NCBI GenBank assembly: GCA_040386695.1
Contig: JAZKFB010000009.1
Span: 47,436-111,435 of the forward strand
Reading direction: 5' to 3'
Source: Verrucomicrobiota bacterium
Lineage (GTDB): Bacteria > Verrucomicrobiota > Verrucomicrobiia > Verrucomicrobiales > V1-33
Length of the DNA: 64,000 bases
Both the position numbers and the translations under genes were made by a program. Below are positions 27,701 to 34,924 of this stretch, in pieces (the first letter of the stretch is position 1; every line of letters starts with the position of its first letter). The notes beneath the pieces are model-generated. The model was not told where the DNA came from and made no database searches. It was given only the letters and a program-made list of their open reading frames with translations.

Positions 27701-27880
27701 CCCGGCCATCACAATTTCACGGAGGACTTCATCTTCGAACCCGCCCTGGAACCGGGCATCGACGCCACGCTGCTGGATGAGCTGCGCGCCGCCAATATCC
27801 AGTATCTCCACGTCCGCGCCGGCTTCGGCGTGCCCGACATCAACGCCCTCGGCCTCGACGGCAAGCTGCGGCGGCTGTGA
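24737..27880 (+). CDS. large secreted/anchored protein with PEP-utilizer phosphohistidine domain followed by PPDK_N-type ATP-grasp domain
   Basis: 1048 aa from ATG 24737. Signal-like AALLWLAGTSLLRAQT. IISLTPATPNSHTAILAQSFGIPFIHL (swivel-His motif, His codon 25748-25750). FFGGKAVNYGLL (26036-26070) and RSSTNVEDGATFTGAGLYDSY..IQRVYASFYNDNAYLER..MGILAH are PEP/pyruvate-binding (PPDK_N) blocks. Confidence 0.8.
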   Translation: MQTASPSAMNAGFLRSGFSAALLWLAGTSLLRAQTLTPIPPAAPGQPLRLESPLQSGKLLQLDASPDLSGWTEIGRFHDALFPYADGGASGAGAARRFYRLRSSVRVVADDWKNQLLFPEDVFRSPEGDGGTVRWVKFALRPEEPWRVYFQDSVRYPFHYEFATSRLSPFAGMTRPQFDAVSLRRAGQRVVLGAVLFPPRPSFREYAVQFVGLDAYTPAEVGGWFASVKNAVHADNGGAGALYMPVFEQSETARRDAEALAALGVTVASVDRWVLGHHIYSAGWALGRLKFFPSGEITAAFTDGRLLPTDILLTDGVPAETPPVAGIISLTPATPNSHTAILAQSFGIPFIHLPDAADQTRVRALDGRKVILRAQIQYESGTVKLIDVHETLPPAVEAELLALKAPQPILYTPKQTRGAISADVTSLQPADIRFFGGKAVNYGLLRRAIPANCPQGVGFTFDLWDAFMEQTPPGFSRPLRQEIAARLAPHSTWPPQMAAMKSALAGVRELIRRTAVFPEAQRQPVFDALANFTPARKIRFRSSTNVEDGATFTGAGLYDSYSGCLLDDLDPDSAGPCLCEPGEPEERGVFRAIQRVYASFYNDNAYLERLRHGVVESETAMGILAHHSFPDEEELANGVAALEYRYTFSQTVSGPMVTQAGAESVTNPAGGSLPEIVDLFRYAATTTLTPKQGSSRLPLGAQVLTWQKDYTGFSDLFKTVGDAWRQRTPDRTTFSLDFEYKKDKNLGLIVKQVREIPAAPAGSTIPWLIEEPVILQVAQREYGNVFANHRLKSVWNLRTANGRITPAFLAVGLYRTGSLEHVESSARQTLSGPLSVWPGATLSPAGTLHGWTTGSGAGLRRWSLDTAVTTTVTGKTPPLFTASDFPVTLSVTHTTPQPLTEYNGNFLTTTEDNAALETPRAVTPGCIPVERLLENGKGISVRTRFLWPDEPPTAGGYTAPLVKFESTTITGLVSKPITLTSYWSQTYRPGHHNFTEDFIFEPALEPGIDATLLDELRAANIQYLHVRAGFGVPDINALGLDGKLRRL

Positions 27881-28034
27881 GCTGTTTCCGCAGATGCCGG
27901 GCGCTCAGGTCCTGACAGTCCACCTGTTTCATTCGGCCCTCAGTCTTCCCATGCGGTCTCAAAGCGCCGATAGTTCCCCGGTTTTTTTTACAGTTTATCA
28001 TTTTCTTCGACCTGAAATCTGTCAGCTTCGGCTG

Positions 28035-29255
28035 GTGAAACTCCGGCCCGCTCCATTCCTTGTTCTGCTCCTGGCGGCAGCCGCCGGAGGGTATTTCACC
28101 GGAAAGGCCTGTAACCCTTCTCCTTCCGCCGGTTTGCCCGTTCCAGCTGGGGAGCCTCTGCCCGCCAGGGCTTTACTGCCGGGGCCGGCTTCGGGATTTT
28201 ATTCACTGGCCAAAACAGGATCCGACGCGGTTCCTGAAATCCTCGCCGCTCTCGATCAGGCCTCCCCGGCCGGACTGCGGCGCATGGCGGAGGAACTGCT
28301 CGGCGATCCCCGGAGGCGGCGGGATCAGGGATTGTGGGCTCCCCTGCTGGCGAAGTGGTCGGAGTTGGACGGTGCGGGCCTCGTGGCCTTCGCCCGGGCG
28401 CTTCCTCCGGCGGACCGCGGCTGGCTGGAGGGAAAAGCCTGGTATACCTGGGGAGCCTCAAACCCCGCCGCAGCCTCCGCGGCCGGAGGCACCCTGCCAA
28501 AAACCTGTCTCCGCGAGCTGATCCAGGGCATGAGCCGCAAGGACCCGCAGGCCGCTCTCGATTTCGCGCTCCGGATGCCGGAGGCCCAGATGAATGTGTG
28601 GCTTCTTTCCGATGCCTTGAAAGCGCTGCCACCCGAAAGGCTGGAATCCCTTCTTCCGAGGGCCATTTACGACGGCATGAGAATGCCCCTGCGGGCCGCC
28701 CGGGCCGCCGCTCTGGTGGAGACAGATCCCTCCGCCGCCCTCGCGGCCACGTCCCCTCAACTCGGCCACGACGGCGTGCCCGCCACTCTGGCCCTGATCG
28801 CCGAAAAGGATCCCGCCAAAGCCCGGGAGCTGCTGTCGGCCATGCCCTCCAGCCGCTCGCGGGCGCTTTCCTCCCTGAGTCTGGCGCGCACCTGGGCGGC
28901 TCAGGATTCCGGGGCCGCTCTGACCTGGGCGCGGCGGGATCTTCAGTGCCCCGTGCGTCAGGCCGCGCTGCTGGAAATCGCGGCCGTCTCCGGAGGATCG
29001 GCGCCGGCGGAGGCCCTCGCCCTGGTGGAGGAGGCCGGATGGACGGGGCAGGGAAACTTCGGAGCGGTGCGGGGAGGAAATCACATTCCCGTGGAGGCCG
29101 CCGGCTTTCCCTCTCCCGTAAAAACCGCCGGACTGCTGCTCCAGCAGCTTCAGTTGCTGGACGCGGAGATGGCGCGGCAATATCTCCGGAACCGGGTGCC
29201 GGAGGAATACCGCGCCCAAGTGGCGAAAAAAGCCGGCATGACTTTGGAACCATGA
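28035..29255 (+). CDS. membrane-anchored W-x3-DP-x2-A-x2-W repeat protein (paralog 2)
   Basis: GTG 28035 gives (M)KLRPAPFLVLLLAAAAGGYF, matching the short-N-terminus plus TM layout of the paralogs. ATG alternatives are 27951 and 27894. Repeats LLAKWSELDGAGLVAF, MSRKDPQAALDFAL, LARTWAAQDSGAALTWA. Confidence 0.7.
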   Translation: MKLRPAPFLVLLLAAAAGGYFTGKACNPSPSAGLPVPAGEPLPARALLPGPASGFYSLAKTGSDAVPEILAALDQASPAGLRRMAEELLGDPRRRRDQGLWAPLLAKWSELDGAGLVAFARALPPADRGWLEGKAWYTWGASNPAAASAAGGTLPKTCLRELIQGMSRKDPQAALDFALRMPEAQMNVWLLSDALKALPPERLESLLPRAIYDGMRMPLRAARAAALVETDPSAALAATSPQLGHDGVPATLALIAEKDPAKARELLSAMPSSRSRALSSLSLARTWAAQDSGAALTWARRDLQCPVRQAALLEIAAVSGGSAPAEALALVEEAGWTGQGNFGAVRGGNHIPVEAAGFPSPVKTAGLLLQQLQLLDAEMARQYLRNRVPEEYRAQVAKKAGMTLEP

Positions 29256-30961
29256 AAACTCTCCCCGCCGCCGTCGCCCTGATTCTTGCCGCCGGAGCCG
29301 GGTTTTCCCTCGGCTGGTATCCTGACGGCCGGGGCCACGGACTGACTGCGGAGTCCCCGCGCGCCGCCGCCAGGAGGGAATCGCCTCCACCGCCCGCGCC
29401 AGCCCCCGCCTCAAAACTTCCCGGTTTTGCGCTGGAACTGCCTGACCTTCCATCCGCCGATGCCTGCCGCCTGTTTCTGAAGGAGCTGGACACGCGCTAC
29501 CGGGGCCGGCATCCGCTGCTGCGGGATACCGCCCGGGATTTCGCCCTCCGGCGCTGGCTGGAGCTGGATGCGGAAAGCGCCCTCGCGGAGGCCGAACGCG
29601 GTTCCGGCTCCAAGGGCATCGGCAACGACCTCTTCCGCGTCTGGCTGGACCTGAATCCGGAGTCCGCCATCGCCGCCTGGAATCAAACCAGCCCCGCGCT
29701 GGCGGCAGCCACCCGGGACTCCTTCCTCTCCACCCTCGCGGAGACTGATGTTGCACGGGCTTTTGCGCTCCTGTCCACGCCCCGGGGAAAATCCGGTTGG
29801 GCATTCTCGGATCCGGCCGCAGAGGCCATTCTCCGCCTCTGGGCGCAGCGGGATCCTCTGGCCGCCCTCGCGGCGGCAAAACCCCCGGACGAGGACAGCC
29901 CGGAGGGCAGGGCGCGGGTCCAATTTCCACGGGACGTCATCTTCGAGGCTTGGGCCTCCTCCGACCCCGCCGCCCTTTTCGCCTATGCAAAAATAAGCCC
30001 GAATTCCGAGAGCTCCTTGGAAAATCTCGCCGGATGGCTGGTGCCGGCGCTTCTGAAATCCGATCCCAAAGCGGCCGCCGAAGTCATCGCCGCCTGTGCG
30101 GACTCCACTTACAGTCTGGCCTCCAAATGGGCGGACAACGACCCCCGGTCCGCCCTGGGGTGGGCGGAAACCCAGCCGGTGGACTCGCGGCAGGCCCAGG
30201 CCGTGAAACTTCATGCTGCCCGCAAATTGGCCACGGCGGATCCACTGCGCGACATTGCCCTGCTGGGAGATTGCCGCAGTGCCGCCTCCGGAGACCAGGG
30301 CTATTGGCTCAACGAGGGATACCGGGAAGCCTTCGCGTCCCTCTCGGCCACGGATCCGGACAAAGCCCGGGAAATGATTGCCGGGAATCCGGACCTGGCC
30401 ACGTCGGGCGTCAATGGCTACCTGACCCATGCCTTCGCCAAAGATGCGGCGGAGGCCATCGCCCAGGCGCGGAAGTGGCTGGAGGTCCCCGCGCTGGCAG
30501 CCACCGTCGTTCCCGCCATCCGCATGGCTTACAGCATGTCCAACGGGGCTCCGGCAAGGGACTTTTCCCCGGTGCTGGCGGCCATGCCGGAACTCGCTTC
30601 CCGGGTGGATGCGGAGACGCTGCGGGGCTGGGCCATGGCGGCCCCGGAATCCGCCGCCGAATTCCTCGCCTCGCGGGAGGCTGCGGGAAAGCCGGTGGCC
30701 GGAGTGAAGGACGCGGCGGTGCTCACCAGCATCGCCAACGCCCGCCCCGAATGGACCTCCCAATGGCTGAGCGGCCTGCCGGAAGGTTTGCTGCGCCAGG
30801 ACACGGCGGAAATGCTGAGCGCCAACTGGAGCGCGTATGACCCCGGAGCGGCAAAAGACTGGATCGATTCCCTGCCCCCCGGACCTTCGCGGGAAGCGGC
30901 CGTCAAAGCCTGGGATAAACGTCTTGAGGTGCCCAACAATCCATTCCTGCTGGAGGATTGA
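29252..30961 (+). CDS. membrane-anchored W-x3-DP-x2-A-x2-W repeat protein (paralog 3)
   Basis: ATG 29252 overlaps the previous TGA (ATGA). MKTLPAAVALILAAGAGFSLGW anchor. Repeats RVWLDLNPESAIAAW, RLWAQRDPLAALAA, EAWASSDPAALFAY, SKWADNDPRSALGWA, ANWSAYDPGAAKDWI. The track start 28334 adds an Arg/Gly-rich false extension. Confidence 0.8.
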   Translation: MKTLPAAVALILAAGAGFSLGWYPDGRGHGLTAESPRAAARRESPPPPAPAPASKLPGFALELPDLPSADACRLFLKELDTRYRGRHPLLRDTARDFALRRWLELDAESALAEAERGSGSKGIGNDLFRVWLDLNPESAIAAWNQTSPALAAATRDSFLSTLAETDVARAFALLSTPRGKSGWAFSDPAAEAILRLWAQRDPLAALAAAKPPDEDSPEGRARVQFPRDVIFEAWASSDPAALFAYAKISPNSESSLENLAGWLVPALLKSDPKAAAEVIAACADSTYSLASKWADNDPRSALGWAETQPVDSRQAQAVKLHAARKLATADPLRDIALLGDCRSAASGDQGYWLNEGYREAFASLSATDPDKAREMIAGNPDLATSGVNGYLTHAFAKDAAEAIAQARKWLEVPALAATVVPAIRMAYSMSNGAPARDFSPVLAAMPELASRVDAETLRGWAMAAPESAAEFLASREAAGKPVAGVKDAAVLTSIANARPEWTSQWLSGLPEGLLRQDTAEMLSANWSAYDPGAAKDWIDSLPPGPSREAAVKAWDKRLEVPNNPFLLED

Positions 30962-31001
30962 GCCTCACCGGAATTCAAATCCGCCCCCTGTCTCCGGAGC
31001 T

Positions 31002-31733
31002 TCACGCGAAGCGCATCACCTTGGCCAGAAAGCGGCGGGTGAACTCCTCGCGAGGGTGATTGAAAAGCTCGGCGGGCGGCGAGGTTTCGAGGATTTTTCC
31101 GGCGGCGATGAGGGCGACGTGATCGGCCACGGCTTTGGCGAAGCCCATCTCGTGGGTGCTGAGAATGATGTGCTGCCCGGCGGCGGCGAGTTCCTGGATA
31201 AGCTCCAGAACCTCGGCGGTCATCTCGGGGTCGAGCGCGGAGGTGGGCTCGTCGAGGAGGAGAATTTCGGGCTTCGCGGAGATGGCCCGCGCCAGGCCGA
31301 CGCGCTGCTGCTGCCCGCCGGAGAGCTGGGCGGGCAGCTTGTCCGCATGGGAAAGAAGCCCAAAGCGGTCGAGACAGCGGCGGGCGGTTTCGAGCGCGGC
31401 GGGTTTCGAATTCTCATGAACTTTCTCCAGCGGCAGGGTGATGTTCTCCAGCGCCGTCAGGTGAGGGAAAAGGTTGAACTGCTGGAAGAGAAACCCATTC
31501 CGCCGCCGCCATTGCAGGAGCCGGGCGGGATCGTGAACCAGCGGCGTGTCATTGATTTCCAGCACGCCGGAAGTTGCTTCGTCCAGCCCGCCGCAGAGGC
31601 GGAGAAAAGTGCTTTTGCCGCCTCCGGACGGACCGATGAGCACGAGGACCCGGGCCTCCAGGGAAAGCGTCAGGCCGTCCAGGGCATTCACCTTGCCGTA
31701 GGTGCGGGTGAGGGATTCGGCGTGCAGCTTCAT
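31002..31733 (-). CDS. amino-acid ABC transporter ATP-binding protein (GlnQ/HisP type)
   Basis: GPSGGGKST Walker [15 protein letters not shown] signature, [11 protein letters not shown] Walker B, 243 aa. Confidence 0.92.
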   Translation of the reverse strand: MKLHAESLTRTYGKVNALDGLTLSLEARVLVLIGPSGGGKSTFLRLCGGLDEATSGVLEINDTPLVHDPARLLQWRRRNGFLFQQFNLFPHLTALENITLPLEKVHENSKPAALETARRCLDRFGLLSHADKLPAQLSGGQQQRVGLARAISAKPEILLLDEPTSALDPEMTAEVLELIQELAAAGQHIILSTHEMGFAKAVADHVALIAAGKILETSPPAELFNHPREEFTRRFLAKVMRFA

Positions 31734-31781
31734 GTCAGGAGAAAGGGGGCCGTTCCGGGCGCGGGCTGGTGGAATACAGGA

Positions 31782-32597
31782 TCAGGCGGCGGTTTCCGCT
31801 TTGAAGCGCCGCTCCAGCCAGTGGGAAAAACCGGCGATCGGCAAAGTGAGCAGCAGATACCCGACCGCCAGAGGCAGGAAGGCCTCCACGCCCAGATAAG
31901 TGGCGGCGTAAAACGCGCGGGCCTGGTAGGTGAATTCCTCCACGCCGATGACGCAGAGCAGCGACGAATCCTTCACCAGGGACACAAACTGCCCCGCCAC
32001 GGACGGCAGCACCCGCCGCAGCGCCTGGGGGAAGATGACATACCGCATGACCTGCCAGCGGTCGAATCCGACGGCCCGCGCGGAGTCGATCTGCGCCTGC
32101 GGAATGCTCTCCAGCCCGCCGCGCAGGATTTCTGTCAGGTAAGCCCCCGTGAAAACCGAGAGCAGCAGGATGCCGGCGAACAATTTTCCGCCCAGTCCCA
32201 CAGCCTCCAGCACATCGCTGATGTGCCGGTTATTCAAAACGACGTAATAACCGATCAGCACCAGGCTGAGCAGCGGCATGCCCCGCACCACCTCGACAAA
32301 GCCCCGCGTGAAGCGCCGCACCATCATCAGCCCCGACCGCTGCCCGGTCACCAGCAGGGCGGCCACCAGGCAACTGCCGATCAGCGCGCCGGCGGAAACC
32401 TCCAGCGAAGCCAGCCAGCCATCGATCAGGGATTTGCGGAATTTCCAGATCGCGGGCCAGCTTTTCGCGCCGTCCAGCTGCGACAGCACCACCCAGAAAG
32501 TCCCGCAGACCAGCGCGGTGAGCAGGATGGCGGCGAGGGTTTCCCAGAGAAGCTGGCGGTTGGTCCGGGGTTTCATAATCACCTCGCTCCGGCCCAT
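31782..32597 (-). CDS. amino-acid ABC transporter permease (HisM/GlnP type)
   Basis: Polytopic. EVVRGMPLL..., ..AARAVGF..WQ.MRYVIFPQALRRVLP.. is the EAA-loop region typical of polar amino-acid permeases. The start may be 32576 (MKPRTN). Confidence 0.88.
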   Translation of the reverse strand: MGRSEVIMKPRTNRQLLWETLAAILLTALVCGTFWVVLSQLDGAKSWPAIWKFRKSLIDGWLASLEVSAGALIGSCLVAALLVTGQRSGLMMVRRFTRGFVEVVRGMPLLSLVLIGYYVVLNNRHISDVLEAVGLGGKLFAGILLLSVFTGAYLTEILRGGLESIPQAQIDSARAVGFDRWQVMRYVIFPQALRRVLPSVAGQFVSLVKDSSLLCVIGVEEFTYQARAFYAATYLGVEAFLPLAVGYLLLTLPIAGFSHWLERRFKAETAA

Positions 32598-32730
32598 GCG
32601 CGGTTGCCGGTCCGCAGGAACCGTGGGGGAAATTTCACCTTTGCCGCTGGAGCCTCGCTCATGCCGGGGGACTTACCAGCAGGATGCATTCCGTCAAGCT
32701 GCGTTGCTTTGCGCCGGTTTTGCATCCGGC

Positions 32731-32790
32731 GGATCGGCCGGATCGGCCGGATCGGCCGGATCGGCCGGATCGGCCGGATCGGCCGGATCA
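32731..32790. repeat. 9-bp tandem repeat (GGATCGGCC)x6 plus degenerate flanking units
   Basis: Six perfect units at 32731-32784, preceded by GCATCCGGC and followed by GGATCAGGCC. It is intergenic between the phosphoesterase stop and the ABC permease start. Confidence 0.97.
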
Positions 32791-33300
32791 GGCCGGGGAC
32801 TTTTCCCCGGCCAGGCGCACGTGGGTGAAAGTCCCGTCCCTTGTGTCATAAAGCCCGAACGAGGGATCGCCGAAACGCCCCATCAGCTCGCCCGGATTGG
32901 CCCACAGGGTGCGGCCTTTCTGATGGTGGTATTGCCGGTGATCGTGCCCGGTGAAAACAGCATCGTAAGCCTGACTCTCGGCCAGTCTCACCCCGATTTC
33001 CGGAAAATGATGCAGCGCGATTTTCCGCCCGCCCGCCTCCAGTTCCGCCAAGGGCGCGTGCAGAGTGACATGAGGGTGCCTCGACGCGATGCGGCACAGC
33101 AGGAAAATATCGCCGTCGTTGTTCCCGAACACCGCATCCACCGGTCCCGCGAACCCCTCCGCCAGCGCCGCCAAAGTGAAGGGCGCGCAGAAATCCCCCA
33201 GATAAAACAGCCGCTCCGCTCCCGATTCCCGCACCAGATCCAAAGCCCGGGCCAGATTTTCCAGATGATCATGACAATCGCTCAGCACCGCTATTTTCAT
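32788..33300 (-). CDS. metallophosphoesterase, YfcE/MJ0936 family
   Basis: MKIAVLSDCHDH, LGDFC, GNNDGD, HH, TGHDH are the calcineurin-like phosphoesterase metal motifs in the right order. 170 aa. Confidence 0.88.
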   Translation of the reverse strand: MKIAVLSDCHDHLENLARALDLVRESGAERLFYLGDFCAPFTLAALAEGFAGPVDAVFGNNDGDIFLLCRIASRHPHVTLHAPLAELEAGGRKIALHHFPEIGVRLAESQAYDAVFTGHDHRQYHHQKGRTLWANPGELMGRFGDPSFGLYDTRDGTFTHVRLAGEKSPA

Positions 33301-33449
33301 GCCCGCAATGTGCCCTCCCTCCCGCTCCGCGCAACCCGCCGCCCTCTCCCCGCGGAACCGTGGCAGCCGCTCAGCCGGGCCGGCCCTTTGGCATCCAGAC
33401 GGGCAGTTTGGCGGCGGGAGTCAGGTATTCCCTCCTCCACGGGCAGGCC

Positions 33450-33975
33450 TCAGGCTTTGAAAAAGGGGCCGGGATTTTTGCCGGTGGCTCTGGAGAACCG
33501 CAGCATGAACTGACCGTGTCTGTTAGCTTCGGTTTTCGGACGTTCGCCGGACTCCAGCGTTTTGTATTCCGCGAACACTTTGATAAAGGGCTCCCACCCG
33601 GATGCCTGCTGGAGCTGGGCATAAATCATCAGGGCCAGAAAGGGATCGCCTTTCCAAGGCTCCAGTGTGGCTCCCGCCGCCAGATGGGCGGCGGTTTTTT
33701 CTTTATTTCCTCCGGGGAGAATCTTTGCGGGCCTTGTCCGGAGGAATGCCGCAGACTTTGTCAAAGACGTGGAGCGTGAGGATGTCACAGGTCACCCCGG
33801 TGGTGCCGTCGGGCGTCCAGCCGCTCTCCTGGCGGGTGTGCCCGAGCTCGTGAAAATGCCCGCAGCTGCCGCAGCGCAGAGCCGTGAGGCCCCTCATCAG
33901 CGGCACCGCATCCAGACAGGTCATGATCGGATAGCCAATCCCGCGTCCCCTGTGAGTCTGGGGAAATCGATTTTC
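33450..33975 (-). pseudogene. remnant of an M60-like (enhancin-type) zinc peptidase: 5'-truncated and frameshifted
   Basis: Two overlapping frames. 33975-33703 encodes ..GYPIMTCLD..GHFHELGHTRQESGWT..TCDILTLHV (HExxH). 33788-33450 encodes ..WKGDPFLALMIYAQLQQASGWEPFIKVFAEYKTL..NPGPFF, the M60 C-terminal helical region. The upstream frame hits the TAG at 33976-33978, so the N-terminal half of the domain is absent. Confidence 0.7.
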
Positions 33976-34818
33976 CTACCGGCGGCGGCGCTTCAGGAGC
34001 AGACCGTAAAGACCGAGGGAGGCGAAAACAGCCCCGGAAGGCTCGGGAACCGCGTCGCTGAAAGCGGTGCTCACCTTGAGATTGTCCCAGGAGACATCCG
34101 CGCCCGGGGCTGACGCCAGCCGCACCGCTGTGGACCAGTTGGTGCCGGTGTAGGCCAGGGAGACATCGGCCGAGCTGGTCGCGCCGGAATCAAAATCCGC
34201 GCCATTGGGATTCACCCAGAGTTTGAGCAGATCATTGTCAAAATCGACCGCCGCCACCAGCGAATAGGTCTGGCCCGCCACAATCGCGATGCTCGACAGC
34301 GCGGAGGCGGCCCCGCTGATGCCAATCCCGAAAAAGCGGTCGGTGGTGCCTTGGGAAAGCATTCCAAAGAAAACGCGTTCCGCATCAAAATCGTAGGAAC
34401 TGAGGCCACCCCACTGACCGGTGCCGCTGGCGAACAGGGAGGACACGGAATAAGTCGTGGAGAAATAAGCCACTCCCGCCCCGCGGAAAGCCCCCTCGCG
34501 CTCATTGGTCCCGGCGGCGGAACCGCTGGTGGCCCCGCTGAACTCCCGCTTGGCCGCCGTGCCATTGGTCACCAGCAGACCGCCGGTGACCTGAGGAGCA
34601 CCGGTCAGGGCGTCCCAGTTGGAGGCGGTCGGCGCCGGAGCTCCGGCTTCATCCGTCCGTTCGTAATTCCAGCCTGTTCCGCCCGTTTGCCCCGCAATCG
34701 CTCCATTGGCGTAGGCAAAACCATCAAAGCCCACCACGGCAGCCCCGGCGGAACTCAAAGCGGCGGCGGCAAAACCAAAAATCATAACCCGACTGAGACG
34801 GCTGGCGGAAATCTTCAT
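33976..34818 (-). CDS. PEP-CTERM sorting-signal protein, function unknown
   Basis: Start ATG 34818: MKISASRLSRVMIFGFAAAALSSAGA signal. C-terminus DAVPEPSGAVFASLGLYGLLLKRRRR. Confidence 0.8.
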   Translation of the reverse strand: MKISASRLSRVMIFGFAAAALSSAGAAVVGFDGFAYANGAIAGQTGGTGWNYERTDEAGAPAPTASNWDALTGAPQVTGGLLVTNGTAAKREFSGATSGSAAGTNEREGAFRGAGVAYFSTTYSVSSLFASGTGQWGGLSSYDFDAERVFFGMLSQGTTDRFFGIGISGAASALSSIAIVAGQTYSLVAAVDFDNDLLKLWVNPNGADFDSGATSSADVSLAYTGTNWSTAVRLASAPGADVSWDNLKVSTAFSDAVPEPSGAVFASLGLYGLLLKRRRR

Positions 34819-34824
34819 GAAACT

Positions 34825-34853
34825 ATAATTAGATACAAGTTCACGTCTGTCAA
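34825..34853 (-). promoter_or_regulatory. candidate sigma70-type promoter for the PEP-CTERM gene
   Basis: On the minus strand: TTGACA (34853-34848), 17 nt, AATTAT (34830-34825), in an AT-rich patch. The -10 ends 6 nt before ATG 34818, implying a leaderless or very short-leader mRNA. Pattern match only. Confidence 0.25.
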
Positions 34854-34924
34854 CAATTATGCCTGATAAAATGAAATCTGTCACGGGCGCGCCGGGTTTC
34901 CTGCCCGCCGCCGGCAGGAGCAGC

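Noticed and set aside
27941-27988. The T8 run at 27981-27988 as the terminator of the 1048-aa gene
   Set aside because: No convincing GC stem precedes the T-run.
27777-28034. Upstream starts (27777, 27894, 27951) for repeat-protein paralog 2
   Set aside because: The 27777 start overlaps the preceding 1048-aa gene by 104 nt. The paralogs all begin with a very short N-terminus directly before the TM helix, which favours GTG 28035. This is not certain.
28096-29493. 465-aa minus-strand ORF, and the 28334 start of the 875-aa plus ORF
   Set aside because: Both are Arg/Pro/Gly-rich and overlap the repeat-protein paralogs, which show a conserved motif family. The real third paralog starts at ATG 29252, overlapping the previous stop.
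32731-32790. Possible CRISPR array
   Set aside because: The units are 9 bp and directly abutting with no spacers, and there are no cas genes. This is a microsatellite, not a CRISPR array.
30837-33513. Long plus-strand ORFs (30837..32828, 32278..33513) that translate the 9-bp repeat as GRIGRIGRI / GSAGSAGSA
   Set aside because: They are antisense to clearly recognisable ABC ATPase, permease and phosphoesterase genes. The repeat is therefore treated as non-coding.
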